From Chloroflexota bacterium (GTDB lineage: Bacteria; Chloroflexota; UBA5177): a DNA stretch of 49,370 bases. The position numbers and the translations under genes are program-made. The notes below the pieces were generated by a model. It was not told the DNA's origin. It saw only the letters and a program-made list of their open reading frames with translations, and did not search any database. Below, piece after piece: positions 37,581-46,225 of the stretch (the stretch's first letter is position 1; the number at the start of each line of letters is the position of its first letter). The stretch covers positions 1 through 49,370 of the forward strand of contig JANWJD010000030.1 of the NCBI GenBank assembly GCA_025449555.1. Direction: 5' to 3'.

Positions 37581-38546
37581 ATGACCGTAACGCTGATTCA
37601 CGGCGACAACCAAATCGAAATAGACGACGCACTTCACACGATTCGCGCGCCCTTCAATGACGCGGACATCCTCACCTTTGACGGCGCGGTCGTGGGATTG
37701 GGTACCCTCTCGGAAGCCTGTTTGACGGCGGGTCTCTTCGATCCCGAACGCCTCGTGATCGTGCATGACCTTCAAGAGCGCCTGAAGGGCACCAAAAAAG
37801 ACGCGGGCGAAACGCAGGAGATTCAGAACATCCTGTCCGGCGTGGCTCCAACCACCACGCTGCTTTTGCTGTCAGCCGGAATGCCGGCAGACAACCCCCT
37901 GGTTTCGCTCGTACGAAAGGCGGGAGGCGAAGTGCGCACCCTCACGGTGCCACGCAAGAACGACCTGCCACGTTGGGTCATCGGCCGAGGCAAGCAGCAC
38001 GATGTGACGGTCGATCGCGATGCAGCCATATTGCTCACGGACCTCGTGGGTGCTGACACAGTGTCACTGGATACCGAGCTCGAGAAACTCGCGACCTTCG
38101 TGGGAGCGGAGGCGCGCATTACGGTGCCGGTGGTGGATTCGCTAGTCGGCGCTGTACCCCAGGATTCGATCTTCGCGCTGGTGGATGCGATCGCGACCGG
38201 AGATCACAAAAACGCATTTAGGCTCCTGCATGCCCAACTCGATTCTTCCTCGACCAACGCCGTCGAATTCGCGTTGTATCTGATTCGAATGCTGGCTCGA
38301 CAGGTGCGGATTCTCCTGCGCATCCGGTTGGGGCTGAGTGCGGGGAAGCCGCAAGGCGTCATCGCCTCGGAATTGCGACTCGCTCCGTACTACACCGAGC
38401 GGTATTTTCGGCAGGCGAAACGACTGTCCAATGACCGATTGAGAGATGCCTTTGAGACACTCGCCGCCCTGGAATACGCGCTCAAGCAAGGGAAAATGGA
38501 CGCATCCGCGGGTCTGGACCTGCTGGTGGCGGAACTCTGCGCGTGA
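37581..38546 (+). CDS. holA: DNA polymerase III delta subunit
   Basis: LIHGD, GLF...RLVIV, ELEKL, IF.LVDAI and ALKQG; adjacent and convergent to rpsT, a common arrangement. Confidence 0.92.
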   Translation: MTVTLIHGDNQIEIDDALHTIRAPFNDADILTFDGAVVGLGTLSEACLTAGLFDPERLVIVHDLQERLKGTKKDAGETQEIQNILSGVAPTTTLLLLSAGMPADNPLVSLVRKAGGEVRTLTVPRKNDLPRWVIGRGKQHDVTVDRDAAILLTDLVGADTVSLDTELEKLATFVGAEARITVPVVDSLVGAVPQDSIFALVDAIATGDHKNAFRLLHAQLDSSSTNAVEFALYLIRMLARQVRILLRIRLGLSAGKPQGVIASELRLAPYYTERYFRQAKRLSNDRLRDAFETLAALEYALKQGKMDASAGLDLLVAELCA

Positions 38547-38579
38547 GTGTGGTGGTCATGCTCGAGGGAGCTCAATGCG

Positions 38580-38609
38580 AAGACCCCAGCTCGGTTGAAC
38601 CGGGGTCTT
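38580..38609. terminator. Hairpin between convergent holA and rpsT
   Basis: AAGACCCC...GGGGTCTT stem. Confidence 0.55.
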
Positions 38610-38649
38610 GAGCAATCCTACTCATGCGACCGCGAAGCGGCTCGCCTGG

Positions 38650-39000
38650 CTACTTCTTGGTCGCTCGGGTCTTTGTACCAGTCGCTTTCGCCCGCGAAGG
38701 CTTCTTCGCCTCGGGCGCGACCTCCGGCGTCGCTTCCACGGCGATCGCCGCGTTGAACGCCTTCATCAATCGAGATTTCCGGCGAGAGGCGTTGTTCTTA
38801 TGAATGACACCCTTTTTTGCCGCTTTATCGAGAGCAGAAATCGCCGCGCGAAGATCGTCCTGTGCTTCGGCGGCATTTGTGTTGATCACCGCACGAGCCT
38901 TCTTGACGAAGGTTCTGGTCGACGATTTCACAGCCACGTTACGCGCGTGCCGCTTCTCGGCAATTTTCTCGCGCTTGATGGCCGATTTCGTATTGGCCAT
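38650..39000 (-). CDS. rpsT: 30S ribosomal protein S20 with C-terminal extension
   Basis: MANTKSAIKR and LDKAAKKGVIHKNNASRRKSRL. Confidence 0.97.
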   Translation of the reverse strand: MANTKSAIKREKIAEKRHARNVAVKSSTRTFVKKARAVINTNAAEAQDDLRAAISALDKAAKKGVIHKNNASRRKSRLMKAFNAAIAVEATPEVAPEAKKPSRAKATGTKTRATKK

Positions 39001-39077
39001 ATGAGTTACTTTCCTCCTGCCGCAGTGCCCTAAACAGTAAAGGGCTACGCGGCCCTGCAGACGGCGTAGCTAGGAGG

Positions 39078-39107
39078 ATTATACCAGCCGCTCTGAATGC
39101 AGGGCAA
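39078..39107 (-). promoter_or_regulatory. rpsT promoter
   Basis: Minus strand TTGCCC, 18-bp spacer, TATAAT with a TGn extension. Confidence 0.75.
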
Positions 39108-39161
39108 CGCACGACGGGTATCAATCAAGCGGGCGGATAGATTCCATGGCGCAGACGTCGT

Positions 39162-39410
39162 TTACTGTGGTGACAACGGGGTGCCACCGATGCGTTGTTG
39201 CAAAAGTCTCCGATGGACTCCGGGAAGCGGCTTTCCAGACGTGCGGTGGTGAACAACGGACGGACGCATACGATCGCCGGGCGTCGCCCCAACAGCAGTG
39301 CCGCCCAGCGTCCCGGTGATCAGCGCTATGCCCAGAATGAAAGATGCGATCCAGAGCGTGGCCACCAAAGATCGTCGCTTCGGCCAACTTCCGCTCGAAA
39401 CCACCTTCAC
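39162..39410 (-). CDS. Small hypothetical protein with signal peptide/TM
   Basis: KRRSLVATLWIASFILGIALITG hydrophobic stretch; possible TTGTAG-17-TACAGT promoter upstream; weak RBS. Confidence 0.35.
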   Translation of the reverse strand: MKVVSSGSWPKRRSLVATLWIASFILGIALITGTLGGTAVGATPGDRMRPSVVHHRTSGKPLPGVHRRLLQQRIGGTPLSPQ

Positions 39411-39493
39411 CTCGCCACAGGATGCCTCGACCCGTTCCTGACCTCACTGTAACGGTCCATAGACGTATCTACAAGGTCGATCCGACGTCAACC

Positions 39494-39665
39494 GTGTGGC
39501 TGGTCGACCTCCCACAAGCCTGACCCGCGGTAGGGAGGGCCGCGCAGCAGTGCTCCTCCGCCCTCACGGTCGCTTCCGGAGAAAACGACCGAAGCGGCGG
39601 GCCACTGCGGCTGACGCCGCGGGCGTGCCCTACCGAAGCGAAGTGGAGGCGCCATGCAATCACAC
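39494..39665. ncRNA. Rod-shaped structured RNA candidate (6S-like)
   Basis: Six nested complementary segments spanning about 170 nt; no convincing ORF. Confidence 0.45.
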
Positions 39666-39831
39666 AAGCGGCAGCATCCACTCCCATCGGTCGGGCCTCA
39701 CGGTGCTGCCCCCACTCACATCTCACATCGCCTGATGCGCGCGGCCCGCACGGGACGCTACCCTAGAGTCACAGGTGCCGCACGGCTGCGAGGCTGGAGT
39801 GCGGCGCAAACCGATGAGGAAGGACTGAGTA

Positions 39832-41166
39832 GTGGTAGCAGGCACGACGCCACTGGAATCGGGTGATCCGACACCTCGCGTCGGCGGGCCGACTGAAGAA
39901 GATCTCGCGAAATGCGTGCACTGCGGCCTCTGCCTGAATGCCTGCCCGACGTATCGTGCCACCGGTCTCGAAACGGAGTCGCCCCGCGGGCGCATCTATC
40001 TCATGCGGGCGCTACATGACGGACGCATTGATCTGGACGACAGCTTTCATACGCACATGGATCTCTGTCTGGTATGCCGTGCGTGCGAGACCGCGTGTCC
40101 GTCAGGAGTGCCGTTCGGACGCATGATGGAAGCGACGCGCGACCAGATGTGGAACGAGCCGGTGGGACCGCCCGCCCAACGCGTCGCCAATCGGCTCACC
40201 TTCGAGTTCGTGTTTCCACACAGGCGACTCTTTCAAAGACTGTTTGCCGCGATGCGTATCTACCAGCACTCCGGACTACGGAGCATCGTGCGCCGCTCGG
40301 GCCTGCTGCGGAAGATGCCGGGAGGGTGGGGCGAACGGGAAGCGCTCATGCCACTCCTGGATTCGGCTTCCTTTGTTGTCCAGGACGCAATACCTCCACG
40401 GCTGCCGGGCGTACCTCGGGTTGGATTTCTGGCGGGTTGTGTGATGAGTACCGCCTTTGGCGACGTACAGCGCGCTTCAGTTCGTGTCCTCGAACGTTTC
40501 GGTTGCCAGGTCGTGGTCCCACCGGGCCAGGGCTGCTGCGGTGCCCTGAATGTCCATGCGGGCGAGCGTGCCCGTGCCAAGATCATGGCGAAGGCGGTCG
40601 TCGAGTCCATGCTCGAAGCCGACCTGGACGTGATTGTGGTCAACTCCGCCGGCTGCGGGTCGACCATGAAAGAGTACTCGGAACTATTTGCCGATGAGCC
40701 CGACTACCTGCCGAGAGTGCGCCAGTTCGAGCGCCTGGTGCGCGACTTCAGCGAATTTCTGGCCGAGTTGCCATTTCCCAGGGTCTCCGGTCCCGGATCG
40801 AAGGAATCGGACGGCGTGATCGCGGTGTATCAGGACGCGTGCCACCTGCGCCACGCGCAACGCATCGCCGCGCAGCCCCGCGAATTGCTGAAACAGGTGG
40901 ATGGTCTACAAACGGTGGAGTTGGCGTATCCCGATCTCTGCTGCGGTAGTGCCGGGGTGTACAACTTGCAACATCCTGCGATGTCGCGCGAAATCCTCAA
41001 TGCCAAGCTGGACGACATTCGCGCGAGCGGTGCATCGTTGGTGGTCAGTGCCAATCCGGGATGCATCATGCAACTCCGCAAGGGAGCCGAGGAGGCCCAA
41101 CTTCCAATCCAGGTTCGACACATTGCGGAGGTACTCGACGAAGCGCTGAACGGTCGGGATGGGTAG
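39832..41166 (+). CDS. glcF: Glycolate oxidase Fe-S subunit
   Basis: CVHCGLCLNACP and CLVCRACETACP ferredoxin motifs; two CCG domains. Confidence 0.92.
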   Translation: MVAGTTPLESGDPTPRVGGPTEEDLAKCVHCGLCLNACPTYRATGLETESPRGRIYLMRALHDGRIDLDDSFHTHMDLCLVCRACETACPSGVPFGRMMEATRDQMWNEPVGPPAQRVANRLTFEFVFPHRRLFQRLFAAMRIYQHSGLRSIVRRSGLLRKMPGGWGEREALMPLLDSASFVVQDAIPPRLPGVPRVGFLAGCVMSTAFGDVQRASVRVLERFGCQVVVPPGQGCCGALNVHAGERARAKIMAKAVVESMLEADLDVIVVNSAGCGSTMKEYSELFADEPDYLPRVRQFERLVRDFSEFLAELPFPRVSGPGSKESDGVIAVYQDACHLRHAQRIAAQPRELLKQVDGLQTVELAYPDLCCGSAGVYNLQHPAMSREILNAKLDDIRASGASLVVSANPGCIMQLRKGAEEAQLPIQVRHIAEVLDEALNGRDG

Positions 41167-41169
41167 GGC

Positions 41170-42621
41170 ATGAGACGATTCGAACGGGACTCGACGCAGT
41201 TGGTGGCCGAACTTGTGGCGGTCGTGGGAGCAGAGCATTTGCTGCATAAGCCGGAGGATACGATCGTCTACGAGTCCGACGGCACGGCGGAACGGGGTAT
41301 TCCGACCGTCGTCGTGTTGCCTGATTCGGCAGAGCAGGTAGAGGCGGTCGTTCGAGTCGCACGGCGTCACGGATTGCCCATTGTTCCCAGAGGAGCCGGC
41401 ACCGGTTTGAGCGGTGGGGCCGTGCCGGATTCAGGTGGAGTCTTGATCGGCACCGCGCGGATGCGCCGCCTGCTCGAGCTCGACGTACGCAACCAATTCG
41501 CCATCGTGGAGCCGGGCATGGTCAATGCGGAGCTCTCGGCGCTGGTGGCCCGCCACAATCTGTTTTACGCGCCGGATCCATCAAGCCAGAAGGCGTGTAC
41601 GATTGGCGGTAACGTGGCCGAAAACTCAGGTGGCCCCCATTGCCTGATGTACGGCATGACCACGAACCACATTCTGGGCCTCGAAATCGTCACGGTGGAC
41701 GGCGAACGAATGTGGATCGGCGGGGCGAATCCGGATCCGGTCGGCTATGACCTGGTTGGCGCAATTGTTGGGTCGGAGGGAACGCTGGCGCTGGTTACCA
41801 AGATCATGGTTCGACTCCTGCCCAAACCGCCTGCGACCCGGACCATCCTGGCAATTTTTCCGACCATGGACGCCGCGTGCGACGCCGTGTCTGCCATCGT
41901 GAGCGCCGGCATCGTACCCGCCGCGATGGAAATGATGGACGCCGTGACCACGAGCGCGGTCGAAGCCGCCGTACACGCCGGTTACCCGCTCGATGCAGGA
42001 GGAATCCTGTTGGTGGAGCTGGATGGAACGGCGACGACGCTGGCGGCGCAGGCAGCGTCGATCGAGGCGGTGTGCAGAAACCACCAGGTGCGCGAGGTGC
42101 GAGTGGCGGATCGCCAGGAGGAGCGGGACCGGCTCTGGGCGGGCCGAAAAGGGGCTCTCGGGGCGTTGGGCAGACTGGCGCCGAACTATTTCATTCAGGA
42201 CGGCGTGGTGCCCCGCACGAAGCTACGGGAGGTTCTGCAACGCGTGCAAGAAATCGGCGAGAGGTATGGCTTGGTGGTCGCCAACGTGTTCCATGCGGGC
42301 GACGGGAACCTTCATCCCAACATCCTGTTCGATGCGCGAACTCCCGGAATCCGAGATTGGGTGAGACAGGCCGGGGCGGAAATCCTGCGTGTCTGTGTCG
42401 AGGCCGGTGGCAGCATCACCGGCGAACACGGCGTCGGAGTCGACAAACAAGACTATCTGGCCTGGATGTTCACCCCGGTCGAGATCGACGTGATGAGGGA
42501 ACTCAAGGCGGCGTTCGACCCACAGGGCATTCTTAACCCCGGCAAGATCTTTCCCGGCGCCAAGGGGTGCGGTGAGATACAAGGCGTGGATCGGCGACTC
42601 GCGCTCGCCGCCATGGTCTGA
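41170..42621 (+). CDS. glcD: Glycolate oxidase FAD subunit
   Basis: PRGAGTGLSGG, APDPSSQ.ACTIGGN.AENSGG, QDGVVPR, HAGDGNLHP and GEHGVG. Confidence 0.93.
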   Translation: MRRFERDSTQLVAELVAVVGAEHLLHKPEDTIVYESDGTAERGIPTVVVLPDSAEQVEAVVRVARRHGLPIVPRGAGTGLSGGAVPDSGGVLIGTARMRRLLELDVRNQFAIVEPGMVNAELSALVARHNLFYAPDPSSQKACTIGGNVAENSGGPHCLMYGMTTNHILGLEIVTVDGERMWIGGANPDPVGYDLVGAIVGSEGTLALVTKIMVRLLPKPPATRTILAIFPTMDAACDAVSAIVSAGIVPAAMEMMDAVTTSAVEAAVHAGYPLDAGGILLVELDGTATTLAAQAASIEAVCRNHQVREVRVADRQEERDRLWAGRKGALGALGRLAPNYFIQDGVVPRTKLREVLQRVQEIGERYGLVVANVFHAGDGNLHPNILFDARTPGIRDWVRQAGAEILRVCVEAGGSITGEHGVGVDKQDYLAWMFTPVEIDVMRELKAAFDPQGILNPGKIFPGAKGCGEIQGVDRRLALAAMV

Positions 42622-42698
42622 AATAAAAAAACCGGGCGGTGCGCGCCTCCCCAGGCTACACCACCCGTTGGCAATCCCCCACCTCCGCAGATTGCCAA
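42622..42698 (-). ncRNA. Two-hairpin small RNA candidate ending in an intrinsic terminator
   Basis: Hairpin TTGGCAATC/GATTGCCAA (42668-42698), then a G-U-containing stem (42633-42667) and T7. Upstream TTGAGT-16-TATAGT. Confidence 0.45.
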
Positions 42699-42843
42699 GA
42701 CCTACTATAAGGATCTCGCCGGAATACTCAATGGCTGCGAGCCGAGATTCGGCCGGTTCGCAGATGTTATGTCGAGCGTGGCGGCCCATAGCGACGGTGG
42801 CATTGAGGTGACGATGTCGAAAGAATGTCAGTAGTCGAGGGAT

Positions 42844-42907
42844 TTATCCACGACCTGTGGACGAGCCTCAGAGCTCATCCACAGAAGTGTCCACGAGATT
42901 ATGCAGA
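42844..42907. promoter_or_regulatory. Cluster of DnaA-box-like 9-mers
   Basis: TTATCCACG, TGTGGACGA (reverse), TCATCCACA, GTGTCCACG and TTATGCAGA, compared with the consensus TTWTNCACA. Confidence 0.55.
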
Positions 42908-42956
42908 TGTGACATGACCGGCGAGCCCGAGGTAGATTGTTTGCCGGCGAGTCGGC

Positions 42957-43955
42957 TCAGTCGTCCGACAACGACGCGGCAAATGACTCATCCGCGGAGT
43001 ATTCCATGCTGATCATCGGGTGCATGCCGGCGTGCACCACCAATTCGAACACATCGGGCCGCGCGTAATGCCCGGCTACGTCCAGTGACGACCGGGCCGC
43101 ACGCGCCTCCCTGGGATCGACCTGGGCGTACAGGATTCCCTCTTCGGCTTCGAGCGGACCCGCGATGAAGGTGCCATGGGGATTCACAATGGCACTGCGA
43201 CCAACGTTGATCCATTCATCCGCCTGCCCGTAGAACCGTTGCTTCATCGCCAGCGAGTCCGGACTATCCGACAACCTGAGTGCCATGCAACTGCTGATCA
43301 CGTGCACTCGTCCCTCGCGCGCGATGTGTTGAATGGTTGCCTGCCAGCCGTCGCCGCGATCCCAGGTGGAGGCGATATACAGTTGCACGCCCCAGGCATA
43401 CAGGGTGTACCGGGCGAGCGGCATGTAATTTTCCCAGCAGATCAAACCACTCAATCTGCCGTAGGGAGTATCGAACACCTGAAGTGTACTGCCGTCCCCC
43501 TGCGCCCAGATCAAGCGCTCACCGCCGGTGGGAACGAGCTTACGATGCTTGCCCATAATATTGCCCTGGTCATCGATGTACAGGAGCGTGTTGTACAGGC
43601 TGGTGCCGCTGGCTTCGGCGTTACATTCGTTCAGGCCCACCACCACAAAGGCGTTCGCCGCCTGTGCCGCCGCACAAAGATCGTCCGTCGATTGGCTAGG
43701 AATGGTGACCGAATTGGCGAGCAGGCGTCCGTACAGGTGATCGAGCGTATCACTATCTCCCGCCGGCACCGCCCACACCCAATCGGGATAGGTTGGAATG
43801 TACGCCTCGGGAAACACGATCACACGGGCTCCCCGAGATCCAGCGTCCTGAATGAGACGGCAAGCTTTGGCGACGGTCGCTTCGCGATTCAAGAACACCG
43901 GCGAGGCCTGTACAGCGGCAACCGTGAATGGTACATCCAGCGGGAGATTATCCAT
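42957..43955 (-). CDS. Nitrilase (carbon-nitrogen hydrolase, nitrilase branch)
   Basis: Glu-Lys-Cys triad FPEA / HRKL / ICWENYMPL; D..GHYARPD. Start inferred at ATG 43955. Confidence 0.92.
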   Translation of the reverse strand: MDNLPLDVPFTVAAVQASPVFLNREATVAKACRLIQDAGSRGARVIVFPEAYIPTYPDWVWAVPAGDSDTLDHLYGRLLANSVTIPSQSTDDLCAAAQAANAFVVVGLNECNAEASGTSLYNTLLYIDDQGNIMGKHRKLVPTGGERLIWAQGDGSTLQVFDTPYGRLSGLICWENYMPLARYTLYAWGVQLYIASTWDRGDGWQATIQHIAREGRVHVISSCMALRLSDSPDSLAMKQRFYGQADEWINVGRSAIVNPHGTFIAGPLEAEEGILYAQVDPREARAARSSLDVAGHYARPDVFELVVHAGMHPMISMEYSADESFAASLSDD

Positions 43956-44013
43956 GGTCGAACTCGAAATGGAGTTGTGGTGCCTCCTGATGGTAGTAAG
44001 TTCGGTCTTGCAT
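43948..44013 (-). CDS. 21-aa uORF MQDRTYYHQEAPQLHFEFDHG overlapping the nitrilase start
   Basis: GGAGAGG RBS, ATG at 44013, stop overlapping the nitrilase ATG (ATGGATAA). Confidence 0.5.
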   Translation of the reverse strand: MQDRTYYHQEAPQLHFEFDHG

Positions 44014-44060
44014 GATGCGCCTCTCCGTGCCGCTGAACGATCGCAAGTCCTAGCACGGCA

Positions 44061-44089
44061 ACCATAACGCCGGATTGTGATCTTGTCAA
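44061..44089 (-). promoter_or_regulatory. Sigma70 promoter for uORF-nitrilase
   Basis: Minus strand TTGACA, 17-bp spacer, TATGGT. Confidence 0.7.
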
Positions 44090-44418
44090 AGAGCGGCAGG
44101 TGCGTGTCTCGCTTTGTGCATGCCGTTAAACGCTCGGGCCGCACCCTGCCTGGAAAGACGGGTACGTAAGGGTCGCTCCCGGGCAAAGAATGCGTATAAC
44201 AGCGAGGCTCCGACGAGATAGCAGCCGGTCCCCATGAGAAATGCCGGAGTGAAGTCACCGACTTTTTTCAGCTGCCCGCTGACCGCCGGCGAGCAGTACG
44301 GGACGCCGTACGACCCGATCGGCCAGGAATCCTAGCGGGAGGCTGACCAGCAAGACGGCCGGCGAAACAATCCAGGATACTGACCCTGTGTCACGCACTT
44401 TGATCCCGGAGAAAAGCT

Positions 44419-46038
44419 ATGCCCGATGAAGCCACTCTGTACAGCAACGGAATCATTCACACCATGCGAGCAGGGGAAGGCCCTGCCGAGGCGTTCCTGG
44501 TGCGCGGCGAGCGCGTTGCCGGGGTGGGGAGCCGAGAGGACCTTCTGGCGCTAGCGGGGGGAGCGGCCCGCGTTGATCTCGACGGATGTACCGTCATTCC
44601 GGGCTTCAACGATTGTCATGCGCACCTCCTTTCCTTTGGGCTCGCGCTCGATCAGCTCGATGTCAGCGCGGACTCCGTTCACTCGATCGCAGACATCGTC
44701 GGCGCCGTGGAACGGCGTGGTCGGGACACCGGTTCACACGCGTGGATACACGGTCGCGGTTACAACCAGAACGAACTGGTTGAGGCCCGACATATCACGC
44801 GACTCGAGCTCGATGCGGTCAGTAGCGCGCGGCCCGTAGTACTCGATCACACCTCCGGTCATGTGCTGGTATGCAATACAGCGGCGCTGGAACGGGCCGG
44901 AATCGCACGCGACACCGAAAATCCGGCCGGTGGGGAGATCGAGCGCGATGAGCACGGTGATCCAACGGGATTGTTAAAAGAGTCCGCCATGGATCTACTG
45001 CGCCGTGTGATCCCGACAACCACCGAAGTGGAGGGCCGGGACGCGATTTTGAAAGCAATGGCAACGCTGTCGACATTCGGCATCACCAGCGCCTCGGACG
45101 CGTGGACGGGACACGGCCCATCGATCGAGGGAGAGCTGGCCATGTATCGCGCTTCGGTGCGCAGCGGTCGGCTGACGGCTCGGATCACCCTCATGCCGCT
45201 GATTTCATATGTCGTTCGAGATGACTCCGACCGTGTGCGACTCCCATCTGACTTCGACGTCGGCTCGGATCCGGCCTGGCTCACCATTGGTGCAACCAAG
45301 ATCTTTTCTGATGGAGCGCTTTCCACCCGCACGGCTGCCATGCGCGAACCGTACGCCGATGATCCGTCGAACCGGGGGATTCTCTTCTGGGAGCGACCGG
45401 CGTTGGTAAGCGTGATGCGCCGTGCCCACGAGGCAGGCTGGCAGATTGCAACGCATGCCCTGGGCGATCGGGCGGTCGAGATGGTACTGGACTGCTACGA
45501 CGGGGCCATTCGCGACAGACCCCGGGCCGATCATCGGCACCGTATCGAGCACTGTATGTACGCCGACGAGACCATGGCGCGCGCAATCCGGGATCTGGGC
45601 ATCGTGCCGTCCTTGCAGCCGGACATCTACCGACTTGGCGATGCCTACGTGGCGGCGCTCGGACTGGAGCGCGCTGCTGAGAGCATTCCAATCGGGCTCT
45701 TTCGGCGGTTCGGGATCGAGTTGGCGCTTAGTTCCGACCTTCCGGTGATCCCGGGGCGACCGCTCGACGTTATCCGTTCCGCCATGGAACGAACGACTCC
45801 GAGGGGAGTGGAATTGGGCCCGCACCATGCCATCCCCGCCATGGACGCGATCCGGGCCTACACCTGGGGTGGCGGGTATGCGACGCACTCCGAGCGGATA
45901 AAAGGGACCCTGGCCCCGGGCATGCTCGCAGACTTCATCGTGCTGTCCGGTGATCCCGCCCAGACGGAACTTGATGACTGGCAGACGATCCAGGTGGTAC
46001 GGACAGCGGTTGGAGGACAGCTTATGTACCGGGGCTAG
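44419..46038 (+). CDS. Amidohydrolase-3 family (YtcJ/NfdA-like)
   Basis: PGFNDCHAH, KIFSDG, HALGDRA, HRIEH, SSD.P and G.LADF.VL. Confidence 0.92.
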   Translation: MPDEATLYSNGIIHTMRAGEGPAEAFLVRGERVAGVGSREDLLALAGGAARVDLDGCTVIPGFNDCHAHLLSFGLALDQLDVSADSVHSIADIVGAVERRGRDTGSHAWIHGRGYNQNELVEARHITRLELDAVSSARPVVLDHTSGHVLVCNTAALERAGIARDTENPAGGEIERDEHGDPTGLLKESAMDLLRRVIPTTTEVEGRDAILKAMATLSTFGITSASDAWTGHGPSIEGELAMYRASVRSGRLTARITLMPLISYVVRDDSDRVRLPSDFDVGSDPAWLTIGATKIFSDGALSTRTAAMREPYADDPSNRGILFWERPALVSVMRRAHEAGWQIATHALGDRAVEMVLDCYDGAIRDRPRADHRHRIEHCMYADETMARAIRDLGIVPSLQPDIYRLGDAYVAALGLERAAESIPIGLFRRFGIELALSSDLPVIPGRPLDVIRSAMERTTPRGVELGPHHAIPAMDAIRAYTWGGGYATHSERIKGTLAPGMLADFIVLSGDPAQTELDDWQTIQVVRTAVGGQLMYRG

Positions 46039-46225
46039 CCGGCTGACGAGGCACCGTACAACCACATATGTCAGGCGTTCCAACCCGGCTCCGGGCGTGG
46101 ATTGCGCTGGCCCTGTTAGAAACTCACACCGATGAGTAACTAGACTGAAATCGGAGAGCCGTGAGCGGACCCCGCATCAGCAAACGACTGCGGTAGACGC
46201 CAGGGCAGGATGCTTCCGAAGGGGT

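Noticed and set aside
39560-39600. SRP RNA, tmRNA or RNase P identity for the rod structure
   Set aside because: It lacks CAGG..GNRA..AGCAG of SRP helix 8, tRNA-like tmRNA ends and the GAGGAAAGUCC of RNase P.
44075-44090. CRP/FNR/Rex-like site TTGTGATCTTGTCAAA over the nitrilase -35
   Set aside because: Half-site spacing is 5 rather than 6, and one half is simply the -35 hexamer.
46123-46165. Hairpin CTCAC-CCGAT...ATCGG-GTGAG upstream of the methyltransferase, considered as a SAM/SAH riboswitch or hammerhead
   Set aside because: It lacks the SAM-I AUC..GAG core, SAH motifs and the hammerhead CUGAUGA core, and the stems are short.
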